Source of the DNA: Eledone cirrhosa
Taxonomy: Eukaryota
Length of the DNA stretch: 64,000 nt
Direction: 5' to 3'
Assembly (NCBI GenBank): GCA_964016885.1
Contig: OZ024749.1
Coordinates: 54,684,001 to 54,748,000, forward strand
Below the pieces are notes generated by a model, which ran no database searches, was not told where the DNA came from, and saw only the letters and a program-made list of their open reading frames with translations. Both the position numbers and the translations under genes were made by a program. Within the stretch, counting starts at the first letter, position 1; every line of letters starts with the position of its first letter. Below, in pieces: positions 15,606-27,620 of this stretch.

Positions 15606-16400
15606 ACATTGCCATCGTCATCGTCGTCATCATCATCATCATCACCATCAACACCACTATCATCATCACCATTATCATCGTCCTCATTATTATTAACACT
15701 GCCATCGGCAGCATCAACATCATCTTCCTCATCATCACCCTCAACACTGCTACCGTCATCATCATTATCGTCATCATCACCATCACCACCACCACCATCA
15801 CAATCATCAAGATCGTCATGATGATGATGATCATCATGCCCACCACCACCATCATCATCACCATCACCACCACCATCATCGCCATCACCACCACCATCAT
15901 CACCATCAGCACCACCATCATCACCATCATCACCATCACCACCACCATCATCGACATCAACATCATCATCATCACCATCACAATCACCACCACTACCATC
16001 ATCATCACCATCACAATAACCACCACCACGATCATCACCATCATCACCAACATCACAATCACCACCACCATCACCACCACCATCATCACCATCACAATCA
16101 CCACTACCACCACCACCATCATCACCATCACCACCACCATCATCACCAACATCACAACCACCACCACCATCACCACCATCACAATCACCACTACCACCAC
16201 CACCATCACCAACATCACCATCACCACCACCACCACCACCACCATCACCAACATCACAATCACCACTACCACCACCACCATCACCACCATCCCAATCACC
16301 ACCACCACCATCATCACCAACATCACAATCACCACCACCACCACCATCATCACCAACATCACCATCACCACCACCACCACAATCATCACCATCAACATCG
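15557..16400. repeat. (CAT/CAC)n trinucleotide mosaic
   Basis: Direct reading; gives the M/V and T/I ORFs. Confidence 0.95.
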
Positions 16401-16442
16401 TCCTAGTCCAAGTCGTAGTCTAAGTGGTAGTGTTAGTCTTCC

Positions 16443-16515
16443 ATGACGTCATCACTCTATATTACGTATAGTGTGATGTCACGTTAGCTGTAAGCCAGAG
16501 TGACATGATTGGTTG
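16443..16515. promoter_or_regulatory. perfect CRE palindrome ATGACGTCAT with nearby CRE-like tgatgtca and inverted CCAAT (tgattggtt)
   Basis: Motifs seen at 16443-16452, ~16474-16481 and ~16506-16514; function unproven. Confidence 0.3.
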
Positions 16516-16689
16516 ATGTGCTAAATAGGAAAAGTACAATACATCTTGCAGAAACCTGTTTTATTACTTTCAGACACCCCAAGCAATCTGGGAGACTTCA
16601 GACTCTCATCTTATTTACTTTCCTTCGACATTTATTTATTTATTCATTTACATATTCTGTTTATTTAATTATTTATTTATTTGTATATA

Positions 16690-16812
<123 letters not shown>

Positions 16813-17099
16813 GTATGATTTGTAAGTATGTATGTATATATATATATATATATATTTAGGATTTTATGTCAGTTTTCTATTATTTTTATTTGTGAATTCC
16901 ACCCGATAAGATAACAATAACTAGCCTTAAAAGATGGGATGTAGGGACGAAAACGAGGAGAGAAGAAAGTATATAAAGAAAATAACAACAAGAACAACGC
17001 CAACGATAATAATAATAGTGATAATAATACTAACACTAATAATAATAGTAATAAACTCCCAAGAAACAAAATCAAATTTCAAACAACAACAACAACAAC

Positions 17100-17130
<31 letters not shown>

Positions 17131-17778
17131 TATATGTGTGTGTGTGTGTCTGTGTGTGTGATTGTGTGTCTGTGTGTGTACTTATATAAACACGTGTGTA
17201 CTTTATATATATATGTTTGTGTGTGTGTACTTATATATATATATGTGTGTGTGTACGTGTACATATATACATATATATGTATACGTGTGTGTGTATTTGT
17301 GTTAGTATATATATATTTACATGTATAAGAGAAGCCATTTTTTAAATATATATTTCGTTTCGTTTTATTTCCCTAGTTTATTTTTCATTGATTTGTATTT
17401 ATATTTATTTTTCTTTTAGATTTTTCTTTTATTTATATTTTACATTTCATGTTGATTATTTCTGTGACTGGTTTGATGTTCAAAGTTAGATGAGAACTTA
17501 TCTTAAGATATCTCATCACAGGAAATAGAGAACTCTGAAATGTTCTTCTTCCATGGGGCAATTCTTTAGTTTTATTATATAAGTATTATTACCATTATTT
17601 ATTTAGCTAGTTATGTAGTTATTTATGCATGTGAAAGAAAAGTGGGTTTTTTTCTTATTCTCAAAGAACTTCAATTTACAAATGGTTTTATCTATTATTC
17701 TTCATCACTCTGTCACATATTTTCTGTCGTCTCCATGGGATCTGTTTTCTTGTTGTTCTTTTATTTCTGAATATATAC

Positions 17779-17811
<33 letters not shown>

Positions 17812-17813
<2 letters not shown>

Positions 17814-17975
17814 AGGGAGTGTAACTTGTACCATTATAAGGAGTCTGACGAGCCGCGGATTACAGAGTCGGGCTAGATCGATACAGATCGAACCTTGAGC
17901 TGATCAGTGGCGAAACGCGCGTTACCAACCAATAAACGTAATGAAGGGGTAACCAATCGTCCTTGTTATTTTATT

Positions 17976-17980
<5 letters not shown>
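17812..17980 (+). mobile_element. hammerhead-carrying Penelope-like element (family H1) with inverted terminal segment
   Basis: Starts with ccagggagtgtaacttg (same as 8711-8727, the inverted 3' end), then the HHR and AATAAA at 17931; (TA)n on both sides. Confidence 0.78.
17842..17926 (+). ncRNA. type I hammerhead ribozyme with 60-nt stem II
   Basis: CTGACGA 17845-51; stem II gccgc/gtggc closing 17852-17911; GAAA 17912-15; stem III AC/GT with GCGC loop; GUU site; short stem I gt/ac. Confidence 0.7.
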
Positions 17981-18040
<60 letters not shown>

Positions 18041-18044
<4 letters not shown>

Positions 18045-18114
18045 AGCGTTAACCTAATATATCCCTTCCATATACTGTACCGATTGTGTTGTTATTTCTG
18101 TTTACCTTTTTACA
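18041..18114 (+). mobile_element. family H2 3' fragment
   Basis: Near-identical to the reverse complement of 9565-9638. Confidence 0.85.
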
Positions 18115-18115
18115 T

Positions 18116-18159
<44 letters not shown>

Positions 18160-18420
18160 GACTCGCAAACACTCCATCTTGCTTGCTTCTCATCATCTAT
18201 CGTTGTCTCCTTTAATTCCTCACATGCTATACCCTCTCTCTCTTTTCTGTATCTCTCACTCTCCCTTCCCCCCTCTTTCTCTCTCTTCGTATCTCTTCGT
18301 CTCTCAGCTTGTCTATCTGTCTGTCTTTCTTTCTCATCGTCTCACTTTCTTTCTTAGATCTTCAGAAACAATTCTAATGTCGACAATTATGACAAAACAA
18401 AAACAAAAAAACAACAACAA

Positions 18421-18460
<40 letters not shown>

Positions 18461-19109
18461 CACAATGATAAAACTGAACAGTGAAAACAACAACATCGTC
18501 ATTAATACCAGTAGCATGGCTGACGACAACAACAACAACTTCACTCGAAACATCAAACAACAATAAAAAATAAGTCGAATATTAAAATTTAAAATAGAAA
18601 AAATTAGTGAAAGAAAACACATAAGAGCAAAACTAACAATTAAAAGTATAAAAAACAAAATAACTTCAAGAGAAATGTGATAGTTGTTGTTGTTGTTGTG
18701 TTTTCATTAACAGCAACAGCATCACCTCAACAGCAGCAACAACAACAACTACAACAACAACAACAATATCAACAACTACAACAACAGCAACAAGAATATC
18801 AACAACAATGTCAACAACTAAAACAACGACAACAAGAATATCATCAACAACAACATCTACATCAGTGACAAATACAAACGAAAAAATGGCTTCATAAGAC
18901 AAAAACAAATATTAACAACAACAAAAATATAACAACAAAGCTAATAAACACACACATACGTATAGATATTTATACATATATATATATATGTACACATACA
19001 CGTATATACGTATATATATATATATACATACATACATACACACGTGCACGTATATATGTATATATATATATATATACATACACACGTGCACATATATATA
19101 TATATACAC

Positions 19110-19177
<68 letters not shown>

Positions 19178-19788
19178 GTGCACATATTTATATACATATG
19201 TACACAGAGACGTATAAATATTTATATATGTATAAATATATATATACATACACAAACACGTACACATATTTATATACATATATGTGCGTACACACACGCG
19301 TATACATATATACGTATATATGCGCACACATACACACACACACACACACACACTCTCAACACACACAACCACAAAATAAAACAAAACAACAAAAAACAAA
19401 CAAAACACGAAGAATAAGGAAGAACCAATGAGAAATAGACGCTGGAAGAAGAAGATGAGATAAAGAAAAAAGTAGACAACTAATTGGAGGTGTGTCTGGG
19501 AAACGTTGCAAGTACCATTCCTTCTGTTCAAAGGAGAAAAGGTTCCGCCCAATATTCATGGTTAACACATGCTTCTACTATATAAGTGCACTTGTATGCA
19601 CTGTTACATGGCAGGTACCATCTGGCGAAAGGTTATTTCTGACGGCGGCCTTCGTCGTTTCCCAAAAAGCGCTTACTTTAAAAGACCCTTTCATTTTCTC
19701 ATCACCTGCTGACAAAAATGTTTTTTTTTGAAAATTTTCCTTGCTGCTGCGTTCATCATTATTACCATTATTATTAACTTTATTGTTA

Positions 19789-19789
<1 letters not shown>

Positions 19790-19819
<30 letters not shown>

Positions 19820-19913
19820 CTTCTTCTTCTTCTTCTTCTTCTTCTTCTTCTTCTTCTTCTTCTTCTTCTTCTTTTTCTTCTTCTTCTTTTTCTTCTTCTT
19901 CTTCTTCTTCTTC
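19790..19913. repeat. (TTC)n tract
   Basis: Direct reading. Confidence 0.97.
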
Positions 19914-20631
19914 ACCACAGTGATGATCTCCGGTGTTAAAAAGATTCTTCTTGTTGTTACTGTTGTTGTTACTACAAAAGCAGAACATACAAAGAAGATG
20001 GAATTTTGAGTGAAGAGAAAAAGACAAAAAAGAAACAACAAAAACAAAAAACAAAACAAGAAACGAATTGTGGAATCTAAGAAAACAAATATATGGGAAT
20101 ATTTCCAGTTCTGTTCCTTTTTCTTGAAATACTTATTGTGTAATAGATAGATAGGAGGATGTTGACATAGTAAGAGGTAGTGTCAGATAGTTGAAGTGAT
20201 GGAATGGAAACGGATAGGATATATATATATGAGGAAGAGAGAGAGAGAGAGGGTAAAGAAGAGAGAGAGAGAGAGAGAGAGACAAAGGGTGAGAAAGAAG
20301 GTGAAAATAAGAACACAGGTGAGGCATAAAGAAGAAGAAAGATTATATGGCGAGTACGTTTGCGTGTTAAGTATGCAACGAATCTTAGGTGCAAGCTTAG
20401 AATGCACGTGGGTGGATAGATAGAGAACTATATATATATATATAGAGAGAGAGATGGAGAGTTATTATAGATAATATAGAAAGAGTTACAAATATAATTG
20501 TTTCACGAATCCCAGATATAAATAAATAAATATGTACTCAGTGGATACTTAGATAAATCGACAATCGATGTGTGTGTATATATACATGCACATATGATAT
20601 ATATATTGATGTATATATATATTTATATGTG

Positions 20632-20717
<86 letters not shown>

Positions 20718-21397
20718 CAGAGAGAGAGAGACAGAGATGCATACATTGATATATATATATATTTTTTTTTTTGGTTTAAACACACACGCGTACACACACA
20801 ACTACAAATACACACAGAACCATATTTCATGAGAATACACACATACGTAATGATTGGATAAGAACAGGTACAGAAATTTAAAAAAAATTAAAATGTATGA
20901 TAAATTATTGCCAACAATATTTGTTTCTGAAGGAGAGTGTGAGTCAGTAGTAGAAGGGCGTGGCTTGAAACTATACCTGAATCACACTAGGTGTGTAACG
21001 AACGCTGAACCCTACCTACATGTTTTCAAAGGATTACATGTGTAATTAAGAAAGGTTAGTTAGTCCTTATTGAGAAAATTGGGCTTGTTATGTTGCTCTC
21101 ATGAGTGACCAGAGGAGCAAATGAGGATCTAGGACCCTTGATATGTTTTGAAATGTTTGAATGTATTCAGGTTCCTATACAAATAGCACATGTATATTTT
21201 ATTGTGTACACCGAACCTGGAAAGCCTGACACTTATTTTGTCATACATACATACACATACATTTATACATACACATATACACTAATTTATACATATATGC
21301 ATACATACATACCGGCACACATACATACATACATATATACATACATTCATACATAAATACATACATATGAGTGTGTTTATAAATCTACATACGCGTG

Positions 21398-21462
<65 letters not shown>

Positions 21463-21687
21463 CTTGTATGTGTGTGCGTGTGTATAAGTAACTAGGTATG
21501 TTTATGCAAAATATATATGATAGAACATTTAAAAAATATTATAGGTCTGAATAAAAGATTCATACAAACGAAGACATTTAGTTATATATATATATATACA
21601 TATATATAAATACTTATATACATAGACAGAGACATACATATATACATCATGCATACATATAAATACATACACACACATACACAAATA

Positions 21688-21722
<35 letters not shown>

Positions 21723-21733
21723 TTAAAATAACA

Positions 21734-21766
<33 letters not shown>

Positions 21767-22121
21767 TATATGGCATCATTTATTTTAAAAGAAAAGAGTC
21801 TGCTGATGATTAAACGTTAATTATTTCCACTTATTTAATCACTTTACGATTCTATCTATATAGGAATAGAAAGAGAATTTCCTAGTCTCCTAAATGATGT
21901 AAGAATAAGAAGGAAAAGTTTTAATTACCCAAATGCAATTATTAATGGCTCCAGTGAGGCCACAAAATTGAAAGTCACTTAATTCATGAAAATTTTATAC
22001 ATGATAATTTTCACCAAAATGGAATGCGTGCAATAAAGAAAAATTAATATCAGAATCTTGTGACGCTAATATTAGAAATAGTCGGTTAGCAGAAATTGTT
22101 CATAATATTTTGTTAAATATT

Positions 22122-22181
22122 TGCGTGTGGTTTAGTGGTTAGAACGATGGACACACGATCGTAACAGAATGTTCGAATCCC
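22122..22181 (+). mobile_element. tRNA-like SINE head (probably S2)
   Basis: A box tggtttagtgg and B box gttcgaatcc at tRNA spacing; no cloverleaf; acgatcgtaa resembles acaatcgtaa in the 34.7-kb copy. Confidence 0.6.
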
Positions 22182-22206
22182 TTTTGATGATATATATACA
22201 TAAATG

Positions 22207-22277
<71 letters not shown>

Positions 22278-22313
22278 ATGATATTAATAAATGGAAACTA
22301 TATTTATAAAACC

Positions 22314-22376
22314 ATATTTTATTATATATATTTCAAGGGTACCAAAATTTGGGTACGCTCTCATCAGATAAAATAC
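22314..22376 (-). ncRNA. apparently intact type I hammerhead ribozyme
   Basis: Minus: gtattttat-CTGATGA-gagcgtaccc aaattt tggtaccctt-GAAA-T-ATAT-ATA/ataaaatat; 8-9 bp stem I, long stem II, palindromic loop III, AUA site. Confidence 0.8.
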
Positions 22377-22506
22377 AAAATTTGTCTTATAAATGTTGAC
22401 ATACCCAAGAAACCAGACCTTATCGGTTCAGATTCAGTTTATATACATAAATATATTTATATTTGTTTTGCAAGGTTTTTGATATGAAATCATGTGTCGA
22501 AACAAT

Positions 22507-22852
22507 TATTGTTATACTTGGTGAGGGTCATATTGTTGTAATAATATTGCCAGAAATAATAACAGAACACACTCACTGTTTTTGTACAATACAATACAAT
22601 AGGGGGAAACATAATAGTATCACTGATGATGTTGCAGATGTGGTACGAAAGAACTTTGATAGATTATATATATATATTTATATCTGTATTTTCAACCGTT
22701 GGTCAATCAATGATAAACGTTGATTGCCAGATGAATTAACTATGGAGATATAAAAGATGCAGAAGCGAAAACCAACCAAACAGTTAGTGTGTTCTGTTCT
22801 AATTTCTGGCAATATTATTACAACAATATGACCCTCCCCAAGTATAACAATA
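22507..22852 (+). mobile_element. Penelope-like element with 75-bp inverted ends enclosing a hammerhead (family H3)
   Basis: 22507-22581 is the reverse complement of 22778-22852 with few mismatches; HHR inside; third partial end at 22873-22895. Confidence 0.75.
22618..22661 (+). ncRNA. minimal type I hammerhead ribozyme
   Basis: tatca-CTGATGA-t-gttgcagatgtggtac-GAAA-GAACTT-tgata: 5-bp stem I tatca/tgata, imperfect stem II, minimal stem III. Confidence 0.65.
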
Positions 22853-23135
22853 TATATATGTAAGTATATATATATTGTTATACTTGAGGAGGGTAGTTAG
22901 TTCCACAACAGTTAGCAAACCGCTTTCGAGGACACGTGTTTCACATTGTGGATTTTCAATATATACATACATATATATTTTTAGTGTGGTCTATCCGTGG
23001 TGCTAGGGTCCCTACCGTAGATAGAACTGAATGTAATTTGATGGCCAGTCATCCAGTGAAATCCCTAGAAAGATTCCGTGTTCCGCTGAATTAATTCCTT
23101 AGATATGGAGTGAGATATTAGGTATAAATCAATAC

Positions 23136-23182
<47 letters not shown>

Positions 23183-23366
23183 GTTGGGGGTGTAGCGATA
23201 TCCATAGATATGAAAAGGCAAAAGGAAAATAGAAATATTATATTATTTATTTATGTTCATACACGGAACTAAGTATGTCTCTACTTTAAACTCTGATCAT
23301 GTCAGATCTATCTCTAAGCGTGAAACTAATAACACTTTGGATTTTTGCATCCATGTGTTTATTTGC

Positions 23367-23449
<83 letters not shown>

Positions 23450-23470
23450 ATATATATGTGTGTGTGTTTA

Positions 23471-23506
<36 letters not shown>

Positions 23507-24062
23507 AGAGAGAAAATAGAGAGGGAGATAGAGAGAGGGATTATGTGCGTGTGTGTATAAATATGCATATATACACAAACATATTTGGTTGTAACATTGA
23601 GAGAATAATTCACTTCATTGCTATACTTTGCTGACGTGATAATTATATCGACATGCACATATTTATATATAAATTCACAAATACTGCACACGTAAATATG
23701 CTTGCATCGGTGCAGGAATATTAGGTGCATTTCAGCTGCCGGGGTTTTACATTGGAATCATTATATTTGATCTGCCTGCACCTTTTTTTTCTTCTTCTAT
23801 ACTGTGTTCCTACTCTTATTAAATGTTGTACCTGATAACATTTTGTCTTGTTAGTCATCTGAGAAAATACTTAAGCTTATGAAAATCTGCAAACAATGGC
23901 CACATCGTTATACTTCTATCATTACCACCACCAGCCCCTTTATCAGTAATACCTATACAAACACCATCACTATCATTAGCAACATCATGTTCATCATCAG
24001 TGCCAAGCCCAGCCTATGAAGTTCAGCTCATGAACTTTGCCCTCCACCCTCATATATATATT

Positions 24063-24109
<47 letters not shown>

Positions 24110-24205
24110 AATATGGGGAGAAGAATACTGCATGGTTGCACATAGATTACATATTATAAAATTAGTCCCTCATCAGTGATTTGCCAACGATCATTGGTAT
24201 TTCAT

Positions 24206-24282
<77 letters not shown>

Positions 24283-24370
24283 ATAATAATAAACGTGAAG
24301 ACTAAACTCCAAAGAGGGCTCGATAAGGATAAATATATATCAAATATATACGAACCCTATAGCAAATATT

Positions 24371-24456
24371 TATTAAAATAACAGATTAAAGTTTTAGAAG
24401 ATCCCGTTAAGGGTGAAAGAAACGATTCTTTGCTTAAAATTTAATCTGTTATTTTA

Positions 24457-24459
<3 letters not shown>
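24371..24459 (+). mobile_element. 89-bp element with 24-bp inverted ends and a decayed hammerhead-like core (family H4)
   Basis: tattaaaataacagattaaagttt...aaaatttaatctgttattttaata; inside agaagat-ccc-gttaa-ggg-tGAAA; relatives at 21721-21737, 39568-39637, 51897-51987. Confidence 0.75.
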
Positions 24460-24532
<73 letters not shown>

Positions 24533-24536
<4 letters not shown>

Positions 24537-24770
24537 AATTAATGTATGCAAGATTTCATAGCCCTAGCATCACTCATTCATAGTCAGCCCATATATATAT
24601 ACAATAATTACTCTCTGCTAGTGCTGAGAAATATTGCATGCATTAATTTCCATTTTTCTGGATTGTTTCTCTCCAAGGACTATGTTGAAAAATAAGCCTC
24701 ATTTCGTCATTCTATGATAGTATCTTGGTCAGCCTATGAACCTTTCAGCTGACGTTCGTATAGGTATATA
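24533..24770 (+). repeat. dispersed repeat family D with inverted 5' segment
   Basis: 24616-24760 aligns to the 62801-63074 unit; 24535-24583 is an inverted copy of the unit start. Confidence 0.7.
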
Positions 24771-25631
24771 GAGTTGACTATTTGTGTGTGTGTGTGTGTG
24801 TGTGTGTGTTTGTGTGTGTCTGTGTGTTTGTGTTGTGTTTGTGTGTGGGAGTGTGTATGGATAATAACGAACGTCCCCAAATCTATTTATGGATCTGCTT
24901 ATTAATTCGTCTTCTTTTAATTCCTTCCATAACGTAACTTACGTATGATAGTGCCATTCCTTCAATTATATAATGTCTAAAATGTCTGAATACATACGCC
25001 ACACGTTCTTTATATCATTCCATTTGTTCTCTGCAACGCAGCTGTTTGTCTTGGAGCAACGCCACGTGTTCCAGCTTTTATATCACCAGTGTATATGATA
25101 TCAAACAATACTTATGTAATCTTCAATGATGTATCTATGCATTTTTATATATATACATATATATATTATATATGTGTATGTATATGTATGTATATATATG
25201 TAAGTATATATGTATAATTAGTATACATATATATATATGTATTATATATATAAATATATATATATGTTATATGTATAAATATATATATATGTATATATAT
25301 ATGTATTATATATATATATATATTATATGTATTATATATATATGTATTATATATATATATATATTATATGTATTATATATATATATATTATATATGTATT
25401 ATATATATATATATATTATATATGTTTTATATATATATATATATATTATATATGTATAAATATATATATATGTATTATATATGTATTATATATATATATA
25501 TTATATATGTATTATAAATATATATATATGTTATATGTATAAATATATATGTATTATATATGTATTATATATATATATATTATATATGTATTATATATAT
25601 ATATTATATATGTTTTATATATATATATATG

Positions 25632-25671
<40 letters not shown>

Positions 25672-25870
25672 ATGTGTATATGTGTGTCTGTGTATCTCTG
25701 TGTGTGTGTGCGTCTGTTTGTATGTGTGTACGTATGAATATGTGTACATGAAAAAAATTATCAATTAAAGCAAATTTCCACTAGCTTAACATCAACAACA
25801 ATAACAACACAAAAAAAGAAAGGAAGAATTAATTATTAACCAGTCACAAACCCAGATATCATTATTTTTA

Positions 25871-26058
25871 GTGAATTGGCAGTATCGGTAGAGGGTCGGA
25901 CACCATGCTTTTACGCATAGAGTTACGGCCCTTGCCATTCTGAGTTCAAATCCCGCCGAGGTTAACTTTGCCTTTCATCCTTACGGGGTCGATAAAATAA
26001 AGTACCAGTAATGCACTAGGTAATTGCTGGCCTTGTGCCAATAGTAGAAACAATTATT
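25871..26058 (+). mobile_element. near full-length SINE S1
   Basis: A box, B box gttcaaatcc, conserved body and tail. Confidence 0.92.
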
Positions 26059-26292
26059 TTTATAAGTTTTCCATTTATTGTATAGTTTCATAGAAATGTA
26101 TTCTATCTGTATGACATATCAATACTTATATATCCATGTTCCGGCTACAATATAAAAATAAAGTGAGACGAACATTTCAATTAAATATCTAAATGTTTGA
26201 AATAAGTTTATGTTAATAAGTTTATGTTATTTTTTGAATTTATGATATAATCGAGTCGTTTAAATATCTGGTAGAATGTCGTTCAGTGTTTC

Positions 26293-26440
26293 AAGGGCGG
26301 TGGATTGGTCGTAATCTGTAGAGCGTCAGACAACATGCTTTGTGACATATAGTTACAGCTCTTTACTTTGTGACTTCAAATTCTGCAGAGGTTAGCTTCG
26401 TGGTCGATAAATTTAAGTACCAGTAATGCACTGGGGACGA
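26293..26440 (+). mobile_element. SINE S1, internally deleted
   Basis: agggcggtggattgg head...gtcgataaatttaagtaccagtaatgcactgggg. Confidence 0.8.
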
Positions 26441-26466
26441 ATCTCATATTCCGGGATATATATATA

Positions 26467-26612
26467 CAGGTACAATTCTGTTATAACGAATACAATTATA
26501 TTGAATTTTTCAGTATAACGAAATGTTATTTAATCCCCGGCTACATGTTCGATGTGTTAGGTCGATCGAATTTTTTATACCCCATCAATTTCGTTATAAC
26601 GGAATTTCACTA
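26467..26612. mobile_element. pogo/Tigger-type MITE
   Basis: Imperfect ~23-bp TIRs caggtacaattctgttataacgaa / ttcgttataacggaatttcacta, TA on both sides, subterminal tataacgaa repeat. Confidence 0.75.
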
Positions 26613-27026
26613 TAATATTCGTTAGGATATTGTCGCTTTGGATAGGACCGCTATTACCCTTAGTTTGGAAATAGATGTCAGTCTATTACAACGTAAACTG
26701 TAAACATCTATCAAGAATTAAACACCTTTTGACGATCGAAAATCAAACCAATCGAATCATAAAATAGATTTCTATATTGGCAAAATGTCTATTAATTTCA
26801 TAATCACCACCACCACCTATAACAACAACAACAACAACAACATCGCAAACCAGGGAGAGCGTGTAACTACCCGTGGTAAATAATTATATATTAATCAGTT
26901 CAATCGGACTGTAACATAATCCTCCAAGACTTTAATAGATATTTATCGAAGTGGCGACACATGGTGAAGAACTCCGATCTGGTATTTAGGTAGTCTGCAG
27001 ATTTATTATCAATATTATATAGCCAT

Positions 27027-27620
27027 ACTCCTCCTCCTCCTCCTCCTCCTCCTCCTCCTCCTCCTCCTCCTCCTCCTCCTCCTCCTCATCATCATCATCA
27101 TCATCATCGTTATCGTTATCATTCTAGTCATCAGCACTCCATCATCATCTTCGACACCACCAGCACCACCGCTAACACCACGACAGCCATGACATCCACA
27201 ACAACATCAATATTCAACGAATATCAACATCTCCATCTCCATCCCCACCGCCATCTCCACCATCATCATCATCATCATCATCATCCCAATCATCATCATC
27301 ATCACCATCACCATCAACGGCATCATCATTGTCATCATCACCATCATCATCATTGTCATCATCATCACCATCATCATCACCATCATCACCATCATCATTA
27401 TCATCATCACTATCATCACCATCATCACCATCATTGTCATCACCATCATCACCATCATCATCACCATCATCATCATCACTATCATCACCACCATCATCAC
27501 CATCATCACCATCATCATCACCATCATCACCATCATCATCATCATCATCATCACCATCACCATCATCACCATGATCAGCATCATCATCATCACCATCATT
27601 GTCATCATCATCACCATCAC
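27027..27620. repeat. (CCT)n then (CAT/CAC)n tracts
   Basis: Direct reading; source of the poly-His ORF. Confidence 0.95.

Noticed and set aside
18519-18555. Other CUGANGA...GAAA pairs (18520 +, 18360 -, 36950 -, 38430 +, 62540 +)
   Set aside because: Stem II and/or stems I and III cannot be formed; expected by chance
22122-22181. tRNA gene
   Set aside because: A and B boxes present but no acceptor or anticodon stems; SINE head
22990-23005. REST/NRSE-like tccgtggtgct
   Set aside because: Half-site only, inside a repeat-like element
24105-24210. Hammerhead in TA-bounded element (CTGATGAgggac on minus)
   Set aside because: No downstream GAAA or stem II partner; at most a deleted relic
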